DNA of 64,000 nt from a virus (lineage: Duplodnaviria; Heunggongvirae; Uroviricota; Caudoviricetes), in the IMG/VR virus record IMGVR_UViG_3300012346_000561, positions 14,358-78,357 of that record. The stretch is one strand, 5' to 3'. Positions 56,469 to 64,000 of this stretch are shown here, piece after piece (position 1 is the first letter of the stretch; each line of letters starts with the position of its first letter). The translations under genes and the position numbers were made by a program. Under the pieces are notes generated by a model. It was not told where the DNA came from, ran no database searches, and was given only the letters and a program-made list of their open reading frames with translations.

Positions 56469-59195
56469 TTATAATGTTTGTCTTATTCCTAATGCTGGCA
56501 TTCTGTCACGCCACAATTTTAATATTTTTTGTTTTTGTCTTGGACCTAATTCTTGTGAGTCTAAATATGTGTTGACTACATCTGCGAAAGGCTTTCTTTC
56601 TTTTTTAGCTCTGAATAGTAGTCCTTGTAGGTTTGCATCTATTTCTTTGTCTAAATGAAAGTATTGATTTCTTCTTGATTTTCTAGCTTTGATCCAATCT
56701 CTTTTCTCCGAATCATCTTCCATTCCTTTGTTTGGATTAGATGTAGGACCTCCTATATTATGTGTAAGATGTTCGATTTCATGTCTTACAATATCTTTTA
56801 GAGTCATAGAGATTTCTTCCCAACCCTCAGGTAGCATTTCTTCATCGATATCTATGTCGATTCTTATAAAATCTCCTTTCTTATCTGTTCCTGCTCCAGT
56901 TGTGTCAATAACTTCCATTTTTTCTGTTTCGAAAGTTAATTCTAGAGTTGCTTCTACATCAAACTTTCCGCCTAATGCTTCATATGTTTTTTTAAACTCT
57001 ACCCCTTCTTCTCCTGAATCTATTGCTTGTTTCCAAGCTCTAAATACATCCGAAGAAACCATGTTTGATAATTTGTCGTATTTACCTTCTGCCATAACCT
57101 GTTTATTTTGTTGTCCATATTTGCAACTATCTGTCCATTCTCTGAAAACCATGTTACCTTCTAAGTATGCCTCTCTTTCTATCTCCTGTAGATATTCATC
57201 CTCGTTTACATTACTGGTGTTAATTCTACCTCCACCTATTCTTCCTTCTAGGTTTTGAATATGGTGAATCATTTCATGAGTGAATGATCTACAAACATCT
57301 TTTGGATGTCTTCCTAATGTGTATAGTACTACTTCCATACTGTCTGGTCTGTAGTACGCTGTTTTTCCAAAGAAGTCTGAAGCTTCTTCTTGATCCTGTT
57401 TAAGTTTAATATCAGGTAAAGGTAGTATATTCATACCTCTATCAATCATAAACTCTAAGATTGATGCTATCTTTTCTGTGTAATTAAATGGCTGCTCTTC
57501 TTGCTCTTTAATTGGTTGTTGTCTTGGTGTGTAATCAAATGGAACATCTTTACCTGGTTTTGTTAGAATAACAATTCGGTCTTGTTGAAATTCCATATTG
57601 AACATATTTCTATCAACACTTGGTATTAGTGAGTTGTATAGATCTTGCAGATCACCTCTATCTTTGGATGTAATTACTGATGCAGGTTGTAAGGGTATTG
57701 CACGTCCACCTGCTTCTTTTAGTTGTTTCTTTTTAGCAGTTTGCGGAAAAAAGCTTGCAAATACTTCATCAATCGTATCTACCATCTTATCTTCAATTGA
57801 TGGTTCTTGTTGTGGCATAACAATGTCTACAACTGCTTGCTTATCTGCTTTTGATAGTACTGCTGGAGTCCATTTAGCACTTGTTAAATATTGCTCTGAC
57901 TGTCTTATTTGTGTTGCTGAGAATTTATCATCCTCTTTTGCCACTATAACAGGTAAGTCTTTCAATTCTACTTTTGGATACTTGTCAGTATTTTTAATGA
58001 TGCTTGCAAACTTTCCTTTTTCGTCTGCCATCGTTCCTGTTATAATTTTATCAACTTCTGGTTGGTTCTGATCTATCCAATCGTAGATGTCTTTGATTGG
58101 TGTAACTTGACTCAGTACAATTTCAACAGGTGTTGCTAAATACTTAGCATAAATTTCCCAAATAGCTTTTGATTGTTCTGCAGTAATTTTTACTCCTTCT
58201 CGAACTTTAGGTCCAATAAAGATTATTAATTTATCTGCATTTTGTGATAACAGTTTAGCATTTTCAAAGTGTGCTTTATGTGGTGGCTTAAATCCTCCTG
58301 CATATAGTGCAACTGTTATTGATTGATCATCCAAAGCTTCTGAAAGAGTTTGTGCTACTTTTTCAAGTGCATCTTCTTTTCCTTTTCCTTTAGCTGTTCC
58401 TACTTCTCCTGACTTAACGGATACCATTGATTTGAATATACCTGCTATTCTATTTTTAGATCTAGCATTTGTAAGTTTTCTTGAAATATCGTCCAACAAG
58501 TCTTCAAAAGATCCATCTATATTAAATCCTCTAAATAATATTTTAATAGTACCCCAATTAGTTGTTGACCAAATCTCCTCTCTTGCTACTTCTTTGAAGT
58601 TTTCAAGTTTTACTTTTCTTAAAGATAATTTTACTGATGATAGGTTGAATTCATACTCCTCTCCTTGTTCAAGTTGTGGAAGATTTGAGATACCCATTCT
58701 TCTAAATACTTCATCAGGGTTCTCCTCCAGTAAAATAACTTTTGCAAGTCCAATTAACAATCCTTGTTTTTCTGCTGGTAGATCTAAGAATGACCCCTTA
58801 AATACGGACTCTTCTTCTGTAAGTGCAATTATGTTATCTACTTGAATAAATTCATCTGCTTTTCCTTCAATTGGAAATAGTACTGAGATTAATTCTCCTG
58901 AGTTGTAGTATCTTCTTCCTGTATACTTTTCAGATTTAAAAGGAACAATTATATTGTTTGGAAGTTTTGTTACTGCATCAATAATTCTTTGCTTTACTTC
59001 CTTTTTATCATCTCCTTCAAACCAAGTGATTATGTCTAAGTCTCCAAAATCAGCTTTTGACCCTGCTTTAACAGATCCTGATAATGAAGCTTTTTTAAAT
59101 CCAGGAATATGCTTAAGTACCTCGTCTATGTATTTGTTGAACGTGGCTTGTACATCCTGCTTTAGTATTCTATTTCCTCCTGCTACTCCTGACAT
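56469..59195 (-). CDS. Multi-domain protein: Pol-beta nucleotidyltransferase, HIGH-motif cytidylyl/adenylyltransferase, two HExxH zincin-like domains
   Basis: GS(40-41)..DLD(52-54)..QVD(120); GGFKPPHKAH(300-309) and SATQIR; HEMIH(640) with EREAY; HEIEH(805) with EIDAN. Confidence 0.8.
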   Translation of the reverse strand: MSGVAGGNRILKQDVQATFNKYIDEVLKHIPGFKKASLSGSVKAGSKADFGDLDIITWFEGDDKKEVKQRIIDAVTKLPNNIIVPFKSEKYTGRRYYNSGELISVLFPIEGKADEFIQVDNIIALTEEESVFKGSFLDLPAEKQGLLIGLAKVILLEENPDEVFRRMGISNLPQLEQGEEYEFNLSSVKLSLRKVKLENFKEVAREEIWSTTNWGTIKILFRGFNIDGSFEDLLDDISRKLTNARSKNRIAGIFKSMVSVKSGEVGTAKGKGKEDALEKVAQTLSEALDDQSITVALYAGGFKPPHKAHFENAKLLSQNADKLIIFIGPKVREGVKITAEQSKAIWEIYAKYLATPVEIVLSQVTPIKDIYDWIDQNQPEVDKIITGTMADEKGKFASIIKNTDKYPKVELKDLPVIVAKEDDKFSATQIRQSEQYLTSAKWTPAVLSKADKQAVVDIVMPQQEPSIEDKMVDTIDEVFASFFPQTAKKKQLKEAGGRAIPLQPASVITSKDRGDLQDLYNSLIPSVDRNMFNMEFQQDRIVILTKPGKDVPFDYTPRQQPIKEQEEQPFNYTEKIASILEFMIDRGMNILPLPDIKLKQDQEEASDFFGKTAYYRPDSMEVVLYTLGRHPKDVCRSFTHEMIHHIQNLEGRIGGGRINTSNVNEDEYLQEIEREAYLEGNMVFREWTDSCKYGQQNKQVMAEGKYDKLSNMVSSDVFRAWKQAIDSGEEGVEFKKTYEALGGKFDVEATLELTFETEKMEVIDTTGAGTDKKGDFIRIDIDIDEEMLPEGWEEISMTLKDIVRHEIEHLTHNIGGPTSNPNKGMEDDSEKRDWIKARKSRRNQYFHLDKEIDANLQGLLFRAKKERKPFADVVNTYLDSQELGPRQKQKILKLWRDRMPALGIRQTL

Positions 59196-59196
59196 A

Positions 59197-60105
59197 TTAT
59201 TTCTGATATTGTATTAAGTTTGAATTATCTGGTAGGAATTTACCTTTCAGTGCTAACCTTTCTTGGTTGTCTATCCAGTAAGATTGTAGGTCTTCTGGTA
59301 TGTCTGCTCTTGTACTGTCTAATATTTTTAGATAAGTATCATACACTGCATGTAAATCCTGTGGAGATAATCCTGCCTCTAACGCTTCTATTAGTTTGAA
59401 ATAATCTCCTATGATATCTCTATCGAGATTTAGGTCATATAATTTGTTTAGCAACTCTATTGCCTGCTGTGGAGTGTTTGCTACTATCTCTTGAGTTTCT
59501 TTACTCTTTACACCATAGTTATGAGAAAATGTATACCCTTTATGTGAGAATAGTGATACAAGTAATTGTGTTCTATGCAATCCTTTTACGTTTCCTGAAT
59601 ACGTAGCTGAATGGTAAGCGAATTCTAACCAATCAACATCTCCTACATTTACATCTATTTGAACGTTTTGTCCTACAGCTTCTTTAGTTTCATCGTATTG
59701 AGGAAACAATAAGAACAGTGCTCCAGCTGAAGATCCTTTTACGTCTGCTATAATTTCTGTATCAGCTTGTGAAATCTTTTCTGCTACTGCTACTATAACT
59801 GATCTTTTCATTAATTGATCATCAGTAGAAGTTCTAGCTCTTTTCTTGAAACCTTCGAAAAGTTTCATGATATGATCTCTATCCAATCCCCAATCCTCAA
59901 CATCATCAAAGGATGACCCAGCAAGTGCTAGGTCGATGTCCCCTGAATAATCTTTTTTTCCTACAGATCCTAACGTCTTCATTTCTCTGAAGAATGGTTC
60001 TGCTTTTGGAAATATTGTTTTAAACTGTCTAAAGAACTCTAATAGAGTTGGTTTAATATCCTCTTTCTTTATCGGTGCTGTACTATCAAATACGTTTCCT
60101 CCCAT
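59197..60105 (-). CDS. Pol-beta-fold nucleotidyltransferase
   Basis: MGGNVF; LGSVGKKDYSGDIDL; VQID third aspartate. Confidence 0.82.
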   Translation of the reverse strand: MGGNVFDSTAPIKKEDIKPTLLEFFRQFKTIFPKAEPFFREMKTLGSVGKKDYSGDIDLALAGSSFDDVEDWGLDRDHIMKLFEGFKKRARTSTDDQLMKRSVIVAVAEKISQADTEIIADVKGSSAGALFLLFPQYDETKEAVGQNVQIDVNVGDVDWLEFAYHSATYSGNVKGLHRTQLLVSLFSHKGYTFSHNYGVKSKETQEIVANTPQQAIELLNKLYDLNLDRDIIGDYFKLIEALEAGLSPQDLHAVYDTYLKILDSTRADIPEDLQSYWIDNQERLALKGKFLPDNSNLIQYQK

Positions 60106-60126
60106 GTTATCTATTTAATGTTTGTA

Positions 60127-60155
60127 AATATACGAAGATTATTTCGAATATCCAA
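60127..60155 (-). promoter_or_regulatory. Host-type promoter upstream of nucleotidyltransferase pair
   Basis: TTGGAT-N17-TATATT; TATTTAT motif also at 60168-60174. Confidence 0.6.
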
Positions 60156-60177
60156 CGATTATATTAAATAAATAGTA

Positions 60178-60960
60178 TTAAAGTTTGATAGTAGTTGGGT
60201 ATGTAGCGAATTTTGGTTCTGTTGATGGATTATCTATTTCATACAGCTTATAGATTAACTTGAATAGTTCAAAGTTTTCCTCAATGTTATCTATTACTTT
60301 TAATTCCCATCCTTTACCTTGAATCTTTTTACCACTCTTATCTTCTCCTCGTGTTGAAGCTTTTAACCAAAGGATAGCTGTTCTATCAATTTTGATTCCT
60401 TTTGTTTCTTCAATCGACTTAGCATATGCTGCAAGTTGTAGATCGTATGACTTGTGTAAACTGTTTGATGTTTTAAAATCGATCAACCAATACTCTCCAT
60501 CTATCTTTACAACTAAATCGGCAGTACCTGCATACTTGTGTTCGTCTGAGAATGTAAACTCTTCTGTGAAGATTAACTCTGGTTTTACCATATCCCAGAA
60601 TTGTTTAAATTTAAGAATCATTCCCCACACTAATTCATTGTAGCGAGCATTACCATACTCATCCATCCATTGAACTTCTTTTCCTTCCAGTAACTCTTCA
60701 ATTGCATTGTGAACCTGAGTACCTTCGTCTCCTGCTCTTCTCATTATGATGTCTGCATTGTGTCCTACATCCTTAATCCAATTTTCAAAGAACTTATTCT
60801 TTGGCATGTGTTGTAGTACTGTTGTTACCGATGGGTAATACACCCCTTCCGATCTTTGGTAAACTCTCCTATCTAAGAAGTTTATCTGCTTAAGTTCAGG
60901 TTTAAAATCTAACCTCTTTTTCGAATGCTCCGATAAGATGTTTGCTCCTTTTTGTATCAT
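60178..60960 (-). CDS. PD-(D/E)XK exonuclease (RecB/Cas4/lambda-exo-like)
   Basis: YPSVTTVL, GTQVH, YAGTADLV, IDFKTS, QLAAY. Confidence 0.88.
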   Translation of the reverse strand: MIQKGANILSEHSKKRLDFKPELKQINFLDRRVYQRSEGVYYPSVTTVLQHMPKNKFFENWIKDVGHNADIIMRRAGDEGTQVHNAIEELLEGKEVQWMDEYGNARYNELVWGMILKFKQFWDMVKPELIFTEEFTFSDEHKYAGTADLVVKIDGEYWLIDFKTSNSLHKSYDLQLAAYAKSIEETKGIKIDRTAILWLKASTRGEDKSGKKIQGKGWELKVIDNIEENFELFKLIYKLYEIDNPSTEPKFATYPTTIKL

Positions 60961-60961
60961 G

Positions 60962-61882
60962 TTATGATAATTTATAGCGAAGAAGTTTTCCTAAGTCCAT
61001 TTCTTCTGCTTGTTGTACGTAACGAGTGAATTTTTCAAATCCCATCTCGCTTGGATCTTTGTCTTGCATATCTATTAGATATACTTTTTTTCCCATATTT
61101 AAAAACTGCTCTGTATATTGCAATGCTTTCTTAAATGCATCTTTATCCAAAGCAATGTATATGTCTTCTAATTCGCTTGATACAATCTTCTTTATAAGAG
61201 CTGTTGATAAGCTCTTACCTAAAATTGGTACTGCGTTTCTTCTCACTGCAATAGCATCAAATACTCCCTCAACTAATACTATTGGCATGTTCCAATTGAT
61301 TAAGTTTTCGAATCCTATGATATCTTTTGATGTTTCTGGATTTCTATATTTGTGGTATGCGTCTTCAAATGTTCTTGCAACAAAGAAGTTTAGCTGGTTG
61401 TTTTCATTGTATGATGGTACTATGATCCTCCCTGCATATTCTCCCGTATTGCAATATCCTATATTGTATTTTATAAAATCTTTATCTGTAAATCCTCTAT
61501 TATACAAATACTTTCTTACTTTATTTGCTATGATAGAAGTTGTTGATGCATTGTATATTGGTTGAAATTCTTTTGGAAGTTCTACTGCTTTTACAGGAGC
61601 ATACTGTCGCTCCTCTCCTCTTCCAATATACTTTAGGATTTCATGTGCTTGTTCAGCTGGTACTTGTAGTTGTTTTAGTAGAGATCGTATTGTTCTGCCT
61701 TTGAACCCACACACCCAACATTCGAAAGGATTCTCTCCTTTTTCATTTGTGTGAAAGTTTATCTCTAATTTTGGTTTATGGTGATTGCATTTAGGACAAG
61801 TGAAAGCATAGTTTTCCCTTGCTCTCTTGTGTGACTTTCCTAGAATATTTTCAATAAAACCTAATAGTATTTGACTACTCAT
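60962..61882 (-). CDS. DNA primase (DnaG-type)
   Basis: Zn finger CPKC..H...CWVC; RIIVP; TOPRIM VEGVFDA, ALDKDA, DPSE. Confidence 0.9.
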   Translation of the reverse strand: MSSQILLGFIENILGKSHKRARENYAFTCPKCNHHKPKLEINFHTNEKGENPFECWVCGFKGRTIRSLLKQLQVPAEQAHEILKYIGRGEERQYAPVKAVELPKEFQPIYNASTTSIIANKVRKYLYNRGFTDKDFIKYNIGYCNTGEYAGRIIVPSYNENNQLNFFVARTFEDAYHKYRNPETSKDIIGFENLINWNMPIVLVEGVFDAIAVRRNAVPILGKSLSTALIKKIVSSELEDIYIALDKDAFKKALQYTEQFLNMGKKVYLIDMQDKDPSEMGFEKFTRYVQQAEEMDLGKLLRYKLS

Positions 61883-61908
61883 ATTTGTATGTATACACTT
61901 TAAAATAT

Positions 61909-61940
61909 AAGATACAAAAAAAGACTTGAATAAACAAGCC
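61909..61940 (-). terminator. Intrinsic terminator overlapping a promoter for primase
   Basis: GGCUUG-UUUAUU-CAAGUC-U7; same bases read TTGTTT-N17-TATCTT; near-copy of 7839-7870. Confidence 0.75.
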
Positions 61941-61955
61941 TTTCTTTAATTATTT

Positions 61956-62396
61956 TTATACGTCTACTACCTTTATCCTACCTGCCTTATCTTGCATTAT
62001 GTTATCCATCTTAATCGAACCTCCTGGTCCTTCTAAGTCTGGGTATATTCCTAACTTTTCTGCTTCTTCCATTATATCATCGATTGGAACATCTTGTTCA
62101 GACCCTGTGAAAGGCTCTAGATTATCCATTGTGATGATTCCTAGTTTTGGATTTCTAACCTCTACATCGTATATGTATACAAAGTATTTAGTCTTTTGTC
62201 CTTTTATTTGTTGTGCATCTTCTAATTCTTCTGAATCAGTAGTTACTTTTTTTACTCTATCTCCTACTAAAAATACTGCTCCATAATCTCCTTCCCCTAA
62301 ATACTCTCCTCCTTCATCAACAATATTGTTAACAAGTTCTTGGTATTCTTGAGTTGGTGTGATTACCTCTTTTAGTATTTTATGAATGCTAATCAT
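61956..62396 (-). CDS. Minimal protein-kinase-like protein (start revised to ATG at 62396, 146 aa)
   Basis: GEGDYG loop, VKKV lysine, EELE helix, IITMDNL hinge, PDL...DNIM, KVVD; TAATG overlap with upstream stop. Confidence 0.7.
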   Translation of the reverse strand: MISIHKILKEVITPTQEYQELVNNIVDEGGEYLGEGDYGAVFLVGDRVKKVTTDSEELEDAQQIKGQKTKYFVYIYDVEVRNPKLGIITMDNLEPFTGSEQDVPIDDIMEEAEKLGIYPDLEGPGGSIKMDNIMQDKAGRIKVVDV

Positions 62397-62977
62397 TAGT
62401 CCAGTCCTCCAGTTCTTCCTGCTTCTCTTTCGCCAGCTAACCAAGATGCTTTACGTCTAGTAGATGTTTCTTTATCTGCTATGAATTCTGGGTTGTTAAT
62501 TTTTACTTTATTGAACCAGATTGTTTCTTCTGGGTAGAGTACTACCTCCACATTTCCATACTCCTCTCTAGTTCCGTCTTTCCATCTTTCTAAACTGTCT
62601 TCTGAGTTTATTTGGGTTAATGAATCGCTAGGATTAGGGAAAGATAACTGTCCGTACTTTTCTCCAAAATTTGGAAAAACTTCTTTGATCTTATCGACAG
62701 TTAAATCGTCTAACATTATAGAGACTTTATTAGAAGCTTCTTCGTAGATTGGATCTTCACCTCTAGTAATTCTAGCTACATTATCCGGATTTGCTTTATC
62801 TAAAATTGCATTTCCTCTTTCAGCATCTCCTTCGTACTCTTCTTGATCCACCTCTTTAGCTATTGCAGTTAGGATTCGCATGAACTCATCTGAAGTACCT
62901 CCTTTAGTTTTACCTATGTACTTTGAATACCCTTGTAACTGTTCTCTGATTATTTCTGCTAGTTGTGATCTTTTCAT
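62396..62977 (-). CDS. Putative head protein
   Basis: MKRSQLAEIIRE N-terminus; second module after IYEE. Confidence 0.7.
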   Translation of the reverse strand: MKRSQLAEIIREQLQGYSKYIGKTKGGTSDEFMRILTAIAKEVDQEEYEGDAERGNAILDKANPDNVARITRGEDPIYEEASNKVSIMLDDLTVDKIKEVFPNFGEKYGQLSFPNPSDSLTQINSEDSLERWKDGTREEYGNVEVVLYPEETIWFNKVKINNPEFIADKETSTRRKASWLAGEREAGRTGGLD

Positions 62978-62980
62978 TAT

Positions 62981-63070
62981 TTACTTTCTTTTATATTCCT
63001 CGATAATTAAGTACACACCTAATGCAAGCACTGCTGCTATCCAATAATAGGCTATGTCTCCTCCGTCCAT
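62981..63070 (-). CDS. Small single-TM protein (29 aa), below ORF-track cutoff
   Basis: MDGGDIAYYWIAAVLALGVYLIIEEYKRK; fills the gap; stop 3 nt before next ATG. Confidence 0.55.
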   Translation of the reverse strand: MDGGDIAYYWIAAVLALGVYLIIEEYKRK

Positions 63071-63089
63071 TAGAATGTTGTAGTTAATA

Positions 63090-63185
63090 TTACTTTTTCT
63101 TAGGTTTAATTATAAATAGTAAGGTGTTTAATAGAATTGCAAAAGCACCTAGTACTATTATTCCTGCTATTATATCTTGTACCAT
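63090..63185 (-). CDS. Small single-TM protein (31 aa), below ORF-track cutoff
   Basis: MVQDIIAGIIVLGAFAILLNTLLFIIKPKKK; TAATG coupling to upstream stop. Confidence 0.6.
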   Translation of the reverse strand: MVQDIIAGIIVLGAFAILLNTLLFIIKPKKK

Positions 63186-63442
63186 TAGTATTCTTTTATT
63201 CTTATGTTTAAATATCCTGTTCCTTTTATCAATCTATGGTACGTCTCTTTTGGTATGAATACTTTTTCTTTTAGAGGTTGAGGTAATTCATTATCAAACT
63301 GAAACATCCAATCTGTTGGTTCTAGTATTTCTACTTCCCTGTCATTCTGATCTCTGTGCCATACCAGTTCTTGCTCTGGGATGTTTTGAGTAAATTTTCT
63401 ATAAATGTACTCCTGTGTCTGTAACTGTTTATAAGGTCTCAT
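63185..63442 (-). CDS. Cupin-like small protein (start revised to ATG at 63442)
   Basis: ELVWHRD..DR.V.IL...DW.FQFDNELP..L...VFIPK..YHR.IKG. Confidence 0.65.
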   Translation of the reverse strand: MRPYKQLQTQEYIYRKFTQNIPEQELVWHRDQNDREVEILEPTDWMFQFDNELPQPLKEKVFIPKETYHRLIKGTGYLNIRIKEY

Positions 63443-63443
63443 T

Positions 63444-64000
63444 TTACCAATAACCACTAAAATTTTTATTACCTCCTAAAGACTTCCAATACCTTCCAAT
63501 ATTGCATGACCAGTATCCTGGTTTTGTTTTATCTTTTTTCTTATCACATTGGTGACGAGCTGCAAAAGCTGCTCTTGCTCCTGGTTCGTTTAGCTTTACT
63601 GTAAGGTTTCCAGAATCTCCAAAGTTCACTTTTACTACATTACCTGTTTTAGGACTCTTAACATATACATAGAACTTCTTAGGACCTCCTCTTTTTGGTT
63701 TGCTCAACGAAACATCCTTACCTCTGTATTCTGCTTCATCAAGTTCTTCATCAACCTTTGGAAGATCTAAAGGTACTTTCTGTCCTTCATACTCTCCATA
63801 TTCTCCAATATCGGTTGTTTCTATAAGAAGTAGGTCTTGTTCACTAAGAGTTATTTTACCGTCTCTTAGGGCTTGTCTTGCTTCAGCAAACAATTGTATG
63901 AACGAGTCAGAGGAATACCTGTAGACACACTCAGATAATGTCAGTTTGTTGTCTAAATGGTATTGAAGGTTTGGTAGTCCTACTATTTCCTGTAATCTTA
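63444..64000 (-). CDS. Putative head protein, 5' end beyond window
   Basis: Frame stays open upstream of the track start (RLQEIVGLPNLQYHLDNK...); EAEYRGK.V.L.KP.RG..KKF.VYV, F.ARH.C, YWSC. Confidence 0.75.
   Translation of the reverse strand, partial: RLQEIVGLPNLQYHLDNKLTLSECVYRYSSDSFIQLFAEARQALRDGKITLSEQDLLLIETTDIGEYGEYEGQKVPLDLPKVDEELDEAEYRGKDVSLSKPKRGGPKKFYVYVKSPKTGNVVKVNFGDSGNLTVKLNEPGARAAFAARHQCDKKKDKTKPGYWSCNIGRYWKSLGGNKNFSGYW

Noticed and set aside
60178-60960. Cas4 suggesting a CRISPR locus
   Set aside because: Lacks the Cas4 Fe-S cysteine set, has no cas neighbours or array, and sits beside primase as a typical phage exonuclease.
62396-62444. ORF-track start of the kinase at 62444
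   Set aside because: The extra 16 codons overlap the upstream gene in another frame; ATG at 62396 gives TAATG coupling and a cargo-type leader.
1-64000. Stop-codon reassignment as seen in some large phages
   Set aside because: Core genes are full length under code 11, and TAG (8562, 17071) and TGA (45942) end genes at sensible positions.

Overview
A 64-kb segment of a large, AT-rich, T4-like myovirus genome. Every credible gene is on the minus strand and uses the standard code (TAA, TAG and TGA all occur as stops); the plus-strand ORFs in the track are antisense shadows. In transcription order (right to left) it carries: accessory and putative head proteins, primase, a PD-(D/E)XK exonuclease, two tandem Pol-beta-fold nucleotidyltransferases (one a 908-aa multi-enzyme protein), a HAD nucleotidase, terminase, portal, prohead protease, scaffold, major capsid, PhoH, neck, tail fibres and lectins with a GAMT/Rmt2-like methyltransferase, sheath, tube, tail chaperone, tape measure, baseplate with an M15 peptidase, and a replication module (compact family A polymerase, SSB, RecA, 5'-3' exonuclease, helicase, class Ia RNR). 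Shine-Dalgarno motifs are scarce and promoters read TTG-N20-TAnnTT, which tentatively suggests a Bacteroidota host. The most notable inferred system is head cargo. Many proteins between about 43.8 and 64 kb carry N-terminal or inter-domain [LIVM]-x-E motifs resembling T4 gp21 cleavage and capsid-targeting sites, and several carry enzymes (nucleotidyltransferase, HIGH-motif adenylyltransferase, two HExxH domains, HAD, a minimal kinase, a nuclease-like domain). Other highlights are a candidate +1 frameshift before the tape measure gene, a PolA with an altered steric gate, duplicated hydrophobic modules inside the scaffold, and candidate structured RNA leaders. No tRNA, rRNA, CRISPR array, integrase, intein or reverse transcriptase was recognised. 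All family assignments come from motifs read by eye, not from database searches.
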